Program-made: the position numbers and the translations under genes
Assembly (NCBI GenBank): GCA_030141605.1
Contig: JAQGDQ010001083.1
Span: forward strand, 1-64,000
DNA from: Tubiluchus corallicola
Lineage: Eukaryota > Animalia > Priapulida
Reading direction: 5' to 3'
DNA: 64,000 bases
Notes under the pieces: generated by a model
What the model saw: only the letters and a program-made list of their open reading frames with translations
What the model was told of the DNA's origin: nothing
Database searches by the model: none
Shown here: piece after piece, positions 1 to 45,800 of the stretch
Numbering within the stretch: position 1 is the stretch's first letter
How the letters are laid out: every line of letters starts with the position of its first letter

Positions 1-117
1 TTTTGCAAATCTGCTGACAATCTCGTCATTATAGTAAGGCGAGCGATCATCAGGGCATACTTTGCTTTGCCACGTCAACGGATGACATACAAGGTCACAC
101 ATCCTCAACCATCGATA

Positions 118-630
118 ATTGTTAAGATACTACTTAGGTATCTGTAAAGACATAACCTAGGTAGTTGTTAAGATACTACTTAGGTATCTGTAAAGACATA
201 ACTTAAGTAATTGTTAAGATACTACTTAGGTATCTGTAAAGACATAACTTAGGTAGTTGTAAAGATGCTACTTAGGTATCTGTAAAGACATAACTTAAGT
301 AATTGTTAAGATACTACTTAGGTATCTGTAAAGACATAACTTAAGTAATTGTAAAGATGCTACTTAGGTATCTGTAAAGACATAACTTAGGTAGTTGTTA
401 AGATACTACTTAGGTATCTGTAAAGACATAACTTAGGTAGTTGTTAAGATACTACTTAGGTATCTGTAAAGACATAACTTAGGTAGTTGTGAAGATACTA
501 CTTAGGTATCTGTAAAGACATAACTTAGGTAGTTGTTAAGATACTACTTAGGTATCTGTAAATACATAACTTAGGTAGTTGTTAAGATACTACTTAGGTA
601 TCTGTAAAGACATAACTTAAGTAGTTGTAA
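118..630 (+). repeat. 46-bp minisatellite (dimer of two related 23-mers), about 11 copies; left arm of a foldback structure
   Basis: Unit gttaagatactacttaggtatct+gtaaagacataacttaggtagtt. Confidence 0.95.
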
Positions 631-919
631 CGCCCCTCCCCCCTCCCCCCGTTTACTATACAAACCTCACTTAATGCCCATACTTTGGGAAAGCAAAATG
701 TCAATATTTGCATAGATGTGAATGTATTAATGTGCCTCGTTATCTCATATAACAAACTCACTTAATATCAACATTTTGAAGTAGCAGGTGGGTATAGAAA
801 CACTTGATTGCACATTGATGAAACATTTGCGCCTTAATGTTAGACACCGACACACTAGAGCAGTGGTTACACCAGTGGCATCAGTGGCGCCACCTGTTGT
901 TACAAATTTCTAAACATGT

Positions 920-1570
920 CCTAGAAATACCCAAGTCAGTTCTCTAGAAATACCTAAGTTACATCTTTAGAAATGCGTAAGTAGTGTTGTCACAACTACA
1001 TAAGTTATGTGTTTACAAATACCCAAGTAGCGTTTTACCACTACCTAAGTTATGTGTTTACAAATACCTAAGTAGTATCTTAACCACTACTTAAGTTATG
1101 TCTTTACAGATACCTAAGTAGTATCTTCACAACTACCTAAGTTATGTCTTTACAGATACCTAAGTAGTATCTTAACAACTACCTAAGTTATGTCTTTACA
1201 GATACCTAAGTAGTATCTTCACAACTACCTAAGTTATGTCTTTACAGATACCTAAGTAGTATCTTCACAACTACCTAAGTTATGTCTTTACAGATACCTA
1301 AGTAGTATCTTAACAACTACCTAAGTTATGTCTTTACAGATACCTAAGTAGTATCTTCACAACTACCTAAGTTATGTCTTTACAGATACCTAAGTAGTAT
1401 CTTAACAATTACTTAAGTTATGTCTTTACAGATACCTAAGTAGCATCTTTACAACTACCTAAGTTATGTCTTTACAGATACCTAAGTAGTATCTTAACAA
1501 TTACTTAAGTTATGTCTTTACAGATACCTAAGTAGTATCTTAACAACTACCTAAGTTATGTCTTTACAAA
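920..1570 (-). repeat. Inverted copy of the same 46-bp minisatellite; right arm, degenerate toward the centre
   Basis: Unit aactacctaagttatgtctttacagatacctaagtagtatcttaac is the reverse complement of the left-arm unit. Confidence 0.93.
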
Positions 1571-1814
1571 ACAACTAACTAATTTTACACAAGACTTGCA
1601 TTCATATGTGTAAGTGTCTTTAAATAAGACCCACAGATCGAACAAAACAGAATCTATTAAGCCACTCCAAAAAAAAATGAAAAAAGCTAGAAGGGAAATG
1701 GAAAATTGTGATTGATTCTTCTCAAGTAAGAAGAGCGCAAGACAAAACAGTAAACAACGCAGCTGGAGGCTCACCCTAGCAGCAAATACTGGAACTAAAA
1801 TTGATTATTAATAC

Positions 1815-35176
<33,362 letters not shown>

Positions 35177-35240
35177 CTTGTTTTGATAAGCCAGTTATTC
35201 CTACTAAGACTAAGTTGTTGCTGATGACTTATAAGTCTCG

Positions 35241-35250
35241 GTATATATCA
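35241..35250 (-). promoter_or_regulatory. Probable TATA box of the LLTP gene
   Basis: TGATATATAC on the minus strand about 25 bp upstream of a TCATCAGC Inr-like sequence and about 70 bp upstream of the ATG. Confidence 0.55.
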
Positions 35251-36314
35251 GCAAGATCATTCCACTTTCACTAATAAACGGGTTAGGGTTGGTCACAATT
35301 TGGTACCCCTAAGAGCATTTAACAAACATCTGTGGACCAACAACTCTGCCGGTTAGAGATTCTCTGAGATTTACAAAAAAGCGAATGAACATTTCGAAAT
35401 TTTTGAGAACTTCAGCAGAAGAAAAATCCAAATTAAACCTTCGTCTACTCCCTCAATGTAATGCTGCGGTCCAGGAGTCAAAAAGGCATCGCATTAATAT
35501 GCGTGAACTCTGATCACATACCCTGGGTTCATGTAGCCTAGTATATCTCTCTCTATACGTGTACAAAATAATTTCTCCGTTTGTGTAAGCCTGTTGTCTA
35601 TACAAATAATAGATAATAAACAGATTACTATACCAATCAGCATTATCAGTTTGGTAGAGCAAATATTGCTCACCGTGATGAAATTGATCCCAGTTTTTTC
35701 AGAGCTGATTAGAGTCTATTGCATCTCTATTAAGTGAATGTAATTTACATTGCAAGGCATTTATATTTACGAATTTGTCCCCTATATGACCCTGATGTAA
35801 TGATCTGGATTGTAGTTATTATAAATAAGCATATGGGAGAAATAAAACTGTTTAGTATACAGCTAACATTAAATTTCTTTTATCATGGAATGGCTTTAGC
35901 ATGTTATAATTATATGTCGTTTTAGTAGCCTGGTCCTGCTTCATGCTTTGGCAAGTTTTTTTCATAAAAGAAGCACGTTTCATTAGTGAAAAGTTTCAAC
36001 TAAGCAGATATGAATTAGTAGTTTGATACGTACATAATATGGAGAAAATTCTCAAGGAGAAAATTAAAATGATTAGTAAAAATCATTACCAAAGAAACGG
36101 GCAGACACCTTCAGCATTTTAGTTGTATAAAGCTTTGAATTGTTTTCAAGACAGAATAAAGCATCGATTTTGTTTTCTTATACTATCACTGTGGATTTTT
36201 TTTAAACTAATATTCCTACTCTTCTCATTAAGAATTAAATGTATGTTATGCGCAACTGAAACTAGTAATTCAAAATTGCTAATTGAAATTCATTCTTTGC
36301 GTGTACATCTGCAT

Positions 36315-36585
<271 letters not shown>

Positions 36586-38737
36586 TCTTTATTTATCACC
36601 TTTTTTTACAAGAAAAACACAGAGCATGAAACGATAATATGATACAAAGTGACAAAATTATTAAATGAATAAATTGTCTGAGTTAATGATATTCGAGTGA
36701 TTGGTGAAAGGGTGGTGAGAAACTAAAAGTTACCAAAGTCAACCACCCTGTAAGTAATGTTGCTATCAGTAATTAATTATATGCGCAATTATCTTGACCA
36801 AGATTTCAGAATAAGGTGTGATAAATGGAGCATAAAGTTTACATATGGAGCATAACCAAGTTGCTTAAGTAAGTAAAGGAAAGGTGAGTGTACTAAGATA
36901 GAACTGTTGAGACTTAGGTTTAAATTTGAACATACATATCCAGGACATAAAGGCATAGTAAATACATATAATGTTGATATGGTAAGCAATGCACATACAG
37001 ATGTGTAGATTTATGCAGAGAGAATTGCCTTAACTCTCAATATACATGTCAAAAATATCACCTTAAGAGTGTATACTACATCAATACACATTTTTACCAT
37101 TGTTGAAATGGCATTGTCGTACATAAACGAGGACATGCTCTTCTACGCTTTTATTAACAATATGATTATTTTGTGCAGTTGTTAACATTAATCTTTTGTT
37201 TTTTCAATCTCATTTTATTTATTTGTTTTTGTAATACTGCAATTAGGGGTGAGCATCGAACGTTCGAGTTCGAATGTAGCATGAAGTTAGCACAATTTAG
37301 CTGCGGTTTTGGTGCAACATTTTAAACAAACTAATAGTTGTTCTACTGCAGACCAAAATCAAGTAACTGCATGATCTTTGTAAGACAACTTTTTACTAGT
37401 GATTCGAAAACTTGTTCGAAAATCTTTCAAACTCAATTCGAATTCGATTTGGGTTCGAAAGACTGAAATTCGATTCGATTCGAATTCGCTTTTTGGTAGA
37501 GAACGCTCATGCTTAACTACAATACTATAATGCAATGCCAGATCTATGACTCCATGCTGCACTATGGTTGAACCTATAGTTCAATTCTGCTGATGCACTG
37601 ATCTTCATGACTTCTGATCGACAGAGCAGCGATTATAATTACTATTTGCTTAGTATCCACACAAAGACACGCCTGGGTAAAAATTATGCAAATATAGCAA
37701 TCTGGGTATGGTACAAATTGACCTAGCTATCTGCAGGTAACTTTGCTGTATCGCGAAGGAAACTTATTCGTTCTAATTTGCAGAAAGAGAGCTGGAAAAG
37801 GGGTGTATGATCGGTCCTGGTTAGAAGTTTAAATTGTCCTTGTCAAACTGCGAAGTTGTTTTTCATATAAAACTATCCAAAATGCGTTTTCCAGGCAGTT
37901 TTCGTTTTCTTTCGATTTGTGGTGATTCGATTCGCTTCTGCAGGTCCTTCAAATTTATCTCATTGTGGGTCTGGGAAAATGCCTGTTACGGGCGCCGTGG
38001 CCCTCTCGCGAATTCTTAATACGCCTATGACACCCACCGCTGAACGGGCTATGTATCCATTGCCAGCACTACCCCCGGCCCATTCCAGTTCTTCAGAACT
38101 AAGCGGTATAAGTTTTGCAAAAAACGGCCGAAATATGGTCTATGATCGTGGCATAGGCCCTATTACTCGATTTTGTTCTGCAATAAACTATTAATGATTA
38201 GTTTAAAAATTGCGCACAAAAATCAATACCAAATTGTGCTAATTGCGTGACGTTTAAAGCATTTTAACGACAAAAGAACATATATGGTTAAAGTGCTGAA
38301 TTATTCGAATCTATAATTTTAAAATTCGAATTCGATAGGAAAGTTCGACCTCGAACGTTCGATGCTAACCCCGAGTTTCCATCTGCTACAGTCTTGGAGA
38401 AGTATATCTCTCTTTTTCCTACGGCATTACGACACTTCACACCTTTCATGAGCTTATTGTCGTCTATAATCAGAGTCGATTCTCCTTGAAAAATTCTCTG
38501 ACTCGGACTCGAACTCGAACTTCAGAAATATGAAACAACAGAACAATGTTCTCGCCTGAGACAGCCGAATACATCTGGTATATAAAACTTAACGATGGTT
38601 TATAAGCTTCTTTATCTTGATGATCTAAGTGTAAAAAATGTTTTTGTAAAAAATGAAATGTCTGCACTTGTTATGATAATTAACCACCTATTCATCCGAT
38701 TCCATAGCTACCTATATGCTACAAGATTTAATAATAT

Positions 38738-39935
38738 GTAACATAACATAACATAACATAACATAACATAACATAACATAACATAACATAACATAACATA
38801 ACATAACATAACATAACATAACATAACATAACATAACATAACATAACATAACATAACATAACATAACATAACATAACATAACATAAAATAACGTAACGTA
38901 ACGTAACGTAACGTAACGTAACGTAACGTAACATAACATAACGTAATGTAATGTAATGATATGATATGATTGATATGATAGGATGTGATGCAATACAGTA
39001 CAGTACAGTACAATGCAATGCAATGCAATGCAATGCAATACAGTACAATACAATACAATGCAATGCAATGCAATGCAATGCAATGCAATGCAATGCAATG
39101 CAATGCAATGCAATGCAATACAATACAATACAATACAATACAATACAATACAATACAATACAATACAATACAATACAATACAATACAATACCACACCACA
39201 CCACACCACACCACACCACACCACACCACACCACACCACACCACACCACACAACACAACACAACACAACACAACACAACACAACACAACACAACACAACA
39301 CACTACAATACAATACAATACAATACAATACAATACAATACAATACAATACAATACAATACAATACAATACAATACAATACAATACAATACAATACAATA
39401 CAATACAATACAATACAATACAATACAATACAATACAATACAATACAATACAATACAATACAATACAATACAATACAATACAATACAATACAATACAATA
39501 CAATACAATACAATACAATACAATACAATACAATACAATACAATACAATACAATACAATACAATACAATACAACACAATACAGCACAACACAATACAGCA
39601 CAACACAACACAATACAATGCAATACAACACAACACAACAGAACAGAACACAACACAATACAACACAATACAATGCAATGCAATACAATACAATACAACA
39701 CAACACAACACAACACAACACAACACAACACAACACAACACAACACAACACAACACAACACAATACAATACAATACAATACAATACAATACAATACAATA
39801 CAATACAATACAATACAATACAATACAACACAACACAACACAACACAACACAACACAACACAACACAACACAACACAACACAACACAACACAACACAACA
39901 CAACACAACACAATACAATACAATACAATATAATG
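38738..39935. repeat. Compound pentanucleotide satellite (~240 units)
   Basis: Blocks of AACAT, AACGT, CAATG, CAATA, CCACA, CAACA. Confidence 0.98.
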
Positions 39936-41191
39936 TAATATAATATTATATATTTTATTAATAATAGTAATAATAAAAATTATAATAGTAATAACAATGC
40001 CTTTAGATAGATCTATTAGTTCAGCAAACTCGGACCCAGACTTTGACCCTTGGACGATGGGCTTTGACTTTTTCACCCCTTAATAGAATCCATAAGTTCT
40101 ATGGTTCCCTGAATTTTGCGCTGTTGCTGTTTTTTTCACCTTTTACGAGTTTCTAGTTTGCTATGATCTGTAAGTAGTATGGCTTTCAGATATTAACTCG
40201 TTGCAGGTTTTCCCATCGTTCAATGGCTTCTGTCTGTTGACACTTTGAAGTAGTATAGCTCTTTACCATTTGTGTCATCACAGCATGTAATAACTTTCAG
40301 AAGTTCTTAGCCTAGTCCAATTTTGGAATAGTATAGCTCTCTAGCTTCTACGTCATTACAACATTCACACATTTCAGGAGCTCGCTCCCACTTAACAATG
40401 TTGGAATAATACAATCGTCACATGGGGGATAAAGCAAAGCTGCCTGCCGCATCGGTTCAGTAGCTTCAGTTTTTTACATGGACTTGCTTTTTTGCACATT
40501 AGTCTGTGCGTAAACAGATTTATTAGCAAAAACTTGCTTTGGAATAAGAAAAAACGAACTAGGTTAGGTTCTTAAAACTGTAACAGCTACAATAGTACGG
40601 GCTTTGAGGCGTTGAAACTGCAACTTAACCTTTGACCTTTTCACTATCAACGCCAATCGAACTGTGAAAAGGCTTATTAATATAGTTGTGTGGCTGCAGA
40701 ACTAAGGAACTAATCTTAGTCTTAATCTGTACACAAACTTGCATGCATAGTAGGCTGTATATGTAGTTTCTGACCCAGCATGTTGGCTTGCTAGCAATAT
40801 GATTACTTTGTACGTAGTTCCACAGCCACTATTTGGGAGATGAATTGCTGTGTGTTAAAAGGGGTGGGTGTTGGGAAGTGTAACTGTGGTGCATCCCAAT
40901 TGATGTAAAAAAGGTCAGGGACCTCAGGGTGGCTTAGTTTTCAGAGTTTCAAAAGAAAATCTGGTTCTTCGCTTGTGTTAGCAGCAAATTTTAAATTATT
41001 TTGTTTTGTTTTGTTAATGATGATAACTTTCTTTTGTGTAACTACCTTTTTTCTTTGTGTCTCTCCAACACTCATAAATTTTATTCATTCTTAATGTAAT
41101 TTTTATTGTGTTGTATTTTTATATGTTTGTGCATTATCTGTAAATTTTAATTTTAATGCTCCTGAGTCATTTAAGGGAACGACGCCATTAT

Positions 41192-41195
<4 letters not shown>

Positions 41196-41268
<73 letters not shown>

Positions 41269-41690
41269 ATAAATCACACGTCCAGTGACATGATTCTGCT
41301 CACCTCCCTACGCCAGGACTCTCTACACGCTGCAAGGACTCAAATGAATTTATTTCTAAGGATCTATGCTGAAGTGTTTAAATCTTTCAGTGCAAAATCT
41401 AAATATGTTAACATTTGTTCTCCTGCAGGTTTTTAGCTCGTTCTATAGCTTGTTATCTTCACTGGAATATCATCAGGTAGTCTAAGCAAATGCCCAATCC
41501 ATCTTAAACTGCGTCTTTTTATTTTTCTTGTCCAAGGTTCTTCTTTTATTTTTTCATATAAATCTTTGTTTGAAATTTTCTTTGGCCATCTATTACCCAA
41601 AATGTTTTTGTAAATTCGCCTTTGAAACGCAACGATTTCAGCTTTATGATTTGCTTTTATTTTTTTGCCATTATACATAGATACCATTTA
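41196..41690 (-). mobile_element. RTE-like LINE 3' fragment with (GAT)n tail
   Basis: FQRRIYKNILGNRWPKKISNKDLY...RRSLRWIGHLLRLP; (CAT)n at 41193-41265. Confidence 0.85.
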
Positions 41691-41814
41691 TACACTGTCG
41701 CAGCATCTCTTACAAAAAAAAACCTCCACGAAAGTGTTTCGCTAGAAAGCCTAGAATATTGTTAATTATTGTTAGTAGTGTATTGCCCTTGTCAACTTTA
41801 CGGTAGCCGTCCTT

Positions 41815-41915
41815 GAATGGCGTGAGGTGTCTGCTGAGCTGTCAGTCACAACACTATTGGCTGTCTGGTCGCCTGATCGTGCTGCACGTGCGTAATGCAA
41901 ACTTCCGGTTACCGG
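41815..41915 (+). promoter_or_regulatory. Probable HMGCS proximal promoter (SRE, inverted CCAAT, E-box, Ets)
   Basis: ATGGCGTGAG 41817-26 (reverse complement CTCACGCCAT, fits TCACNCCAY); ATTGG 41856-60; CACGTG 41885-90; ACTTCCGGT 41902-10; locally GC/CpG-richer; candidate 5'UTR donor gtaagc at 42016. Confidence 0.6.
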
Positions 41916-42394
41916 TGCGAAACGAAGGCGTGGATTTGACGATTTACCAGACATGGTTTCTGTTCATTTTACGTTGGAAATTTAGCAAGTACTAACTTTT
42001 GTGAAAATAATAATTGTAAGCTTACGCGTCGCACATTTAGTTTCAGTTTATTGGCTTGAAGGTTGTAACTTTTTAAAGTGAGTGACTGAATTTTTGGGAA
42101 CATTACAGTCAGTTCCAGCTAACGATTTCTTGAAGTTGTTGTTTAACCTTGTTATTAATTTCTTCGTGTATTTCTGACTGTTGTTAATTTATAAAGCTAA
42201 TTTAAACCTTGACTTTTTGTTTTGTAACAAAACGTTGCTCAGGCATAAATTTAACCGGTATTGTGTTTATTTTTAGTTTTGCTTGTATAAATAAGTAGTT
42301 AATCATTTTAATGAGTTATACAATAACTATTATTATGGTAGGTCCATTTTTTGCATTGACTGAATTTTACTTTTTTTCAGTAAAAAATAGGAAC

Positions 42395-42842
42395 ATGCCT
42401 AGTTTTGCAAAGATGTCTGAGCCTGCACATTGGCCTAAAGATGTTGGGATTGTTGCCATGGAAATATATTTTCCATCTCAATATGTGCTACAGACTGAAC
42501 TGGAGAAATTTGACGATGTCTCAACTGGAAAGTACACAATTGGCTTAGGCCAATCAAAAATGGGATTTTGTTCAGACAGAGAAGATATTAGCAGCGTATG
42601 TTTGACTGTTTTGCAAAGGCTTGTGGAACGAAACAATATAACGTACAACATGATTGGTCGGTTAGAAGTCGGGACCGAAACGATTATCGACAAATCAAAG
42701 AGCACAAAAACCTGTTTAATGCAGCTATTCGAGGAAAGTGGAAATTGTTCGGTAGAGGGAATCGACACCACAAATGCTTGTTACGGCGGCACATCGGCAT
42801 TATTCAATGCAATAAACTGGGTTGAATCAAGTTCATGGGATG
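42395..42842 (+). CDS. HMGCS1: HMGCS coding exon 1
   Basis: [19 protein letters not shown]...GKYTIGLGQ...NACYGGT...SSWD; donor G|gtaggg. Confidence 0.96.
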
Positions 42843-45800
42843 GTAGGGATAATGATATTATACCGCTTCGCGTAATTGCAGCACTTGTATTTTTAATAAG
42901 TCGAAAATGTCGGTAGTTGAAATGGTTTATCTCGGTGCCAACGTTTGGGTCTTTGGCATTGTCTGCCTCAAACAAGAATCTGGAAAATGTGTATTTAGTC
43001 ATGGTGCATCCAGTTTACTCTAAAGTGCAGTGTGTATTACTCTAAAGTGCAGTGTGTATTACTCTGGAGTGCAGTGTGTATTACTCTGAAGTGTAGTGTG
43101 TACACTGTCCGAAGTAAATCTAGAAGTAATAGGGAAAGCAGGGAAGGAGAAAAGTGCTTTTTTACGTACTCAAATCATTTGAGTGTCGAGTGTGAAACCA
43201 GCCTTATGTTTCGAATGTTAGCTTTCATTTTTAAATGCTAGATATGGCTAAGAGTAACACGATGTTAAAAACTTAAGACAAACAGGGCGATTTTTCGGGC
43301 CGCGTCTTATTGGGTGTCAAATAAGCATTTTGTTACTTATGACATTATGAAAACGTTTCTGATATTTAAATATTAGCTTAGAAACTCATTTCATGACTGC
43401 CCAATGAATCTAGCGATGTCGTCACAATGGAACATCGTATATATTAATTCTGCTGGTATATATATTTATATAAGATTCGAGGCTACAGCTTCGACGACAG
43501 CACCATTTGCGGCGATCTATACATCAAACGATTATTTTTCGAATCGGGCCCACCGGGATAACCAAAAATGGCCATTTTTCGGTCGTTTTTTGCAAAACTT
43601 ATACCTCTTAGTTCTGAAGAACCAGAACGGGCCGGGGGCGGTGTTGGCTATGGATAGATAGCCCGTTCAGCGGTGGGTGTAGTTTTCGGCAATTCTGACG
43701 TCATCCATTATACTCTGCCTGTAACTTTAATTCAGTAAAACCTGCTACGGGCATTGAGTTATAAATGAGGACTGTGTAGGATGTTCGCGTATTATTGATT
43801 ATAAGTGTATTTATACACAAAATTTTTTTTCGGGGCCTTTGCTAGTAATTTACTAATGGCAGAAACTTTCCATGAGCGAGTTGTGCACAAGTTTGAGAAA
43901 ATACCTTGCTGCTTTGTGACGTAGGCAAGGAAACCCTGATCCCTTTAAATATTTTAAATTTTAGATTATTTTGAGCCGAAGTTTTAAAATTAAATGCTGT
44001 TGTCCTTTAGTCTGCCCGATTACATTCCACCTGTTTTAACGTTAATGTGCGTATCTGTATGTTACAGGAAGATACGCCGTAGTTGTCGCCGGCGACATTG
44101 CCGTTTACGCTACCGGAAATGCCAGATGTACAGGTGGAGCTGGTGGCATAGCTATGCTGATTGGACCGGATGCACCCCTGGTGATCGAAAGAGGTACTAG
44201 TGTCTTTAAGATAATAATATTGTGTCATAAACTGTGTGGATGAAGTGTATGAAAGAAGCTTGTAGGAATCAACATGTTTATTAAGCAGAGACGATTGTTT
44301 TTAGAGCTTAAGCTTTTCTAGTTATTCACATATTGTGAATCTCCATTTCATGAGGATCATTTTGATACCATGTTCATCACTCTATGTTATTTCTAAGCTG
44401 AGATAATCCACGTTGAAGTTGAGGTACAGGCTGCACACTGAAAAACTTAATCTTGAGAAAATCACTGTTAAAGTCAGCCATTGTTTTTTGTCGTGTTTCT
44501 ACAAAGCACTTAGCAACCGTATAAATGTTGGTTGCTATGGACTTTGGAAGTAGATGGCTCTTCCAGACAAAGATCTGGGCTTGTCAACAGAAAAAACCCG
44601 AAGCAAAATGACAGCTTCCACGAGCTACAATCGGAGTTTGAAAATACCAGAGAAGTGGGTACGAGGTTAAAAAATTAGACTTTTAATATTTTTTAAACAT
44701 TTTCTTGATAATTTGATGGTAGAATACAAAAGTCCAATATATTTAGCACTGGTTTTTATAAAATACGAAAAATTGACATTTGACCAAATCTTTGGTGTAG
44801 TCTACTCTGAAGCGCCATAACGTAGTTTTAACTATGCCGACTTATGAGCGGTTTTGACTTGCAAGCACACATGTAAGGTTACTTTCTCCTGCTTTTATCC
44901 ACATTTATTTTGACAACACAAGTTCTACTTTCTCAATCCTGACATAACATTTTGTTCCTTGACATTTTAGTATCATAATTGTACTAATAATTCCTTTTTG
45001 GCGTGATTCATAGTACTGAAAATGACGGTTATAGTCGAAAAGATCGTCTACGCTCAATAAACATGATGTGTGAAAAAGCTTTAGATAAGCCAACTCAACC
45101 GTTTGAAGGGGCGCTAATTTCAAGAACATTACATAGAAAGTGTTAAATAGTTGATAGCTTATGTACAAAGTCATGGCATTTTAGTTCTTAGTGGACATGT
45201 TCACAATCATCTCAAAGCTACAAATAGCAGTTGACTTAGTGGACGTGTTCAAAATGTCTCAAAGCTACAAATAGTAGTTGACTTAGTGGACATGTTCAAA
45301 ATGTCTCAAATCTACAAGTACTAGTCAACTTAGTGGACATGTTCAAAATGTCTCAAAGCTGGAAACAGTAGTTGACTTAGGGACATGTCAAAGCCGGGAA
45401 TCTCTTTCACCCGTTTCTGCTATAGAAGTTTTAACTAACTAAGAATGGTTGCGGCATTTTTGTTATCTGCAGCATCACCGTGAATTTTTAATATACTAAT
45501 CTATTTATAAGAGACTAGATGACCCTATGGTCCTTCCCTGCCCTGCTCCATGATTATAATTACTTAATATTTAGAAATCTTTTGATGTTAGAACATTTAT
45601 TAGTTCTATGTCTACAGCATTGCTTAAAATAATATAAACACGTAAACATGTGTACGTAAATAACGTAAACATCCTTGTCACCATGTCTAATGTGTGAGTC
45701 GTTGGAACACTGATTATTTATTGTTTTTGAAGAGAAATCAGTAAGTTTAGCTGTGTTATCTGACAAGGATGTTTTTCAATACTACAACCTCAACAATCAC

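Noticed and set aside
1-117. Possible next LLTP exon at the window edge
   Set aside because: No convincing acceptor or LLTP-like frame; the gene presumably continues outside the window, and no VWD domain or stop codon is seen.
38708-40076. Cys-rich and QYNTI-repeat ORFs of 200-400 aa
   Set aside because: Translations of a pentanucleotide satellite that lacks stops in several frames.
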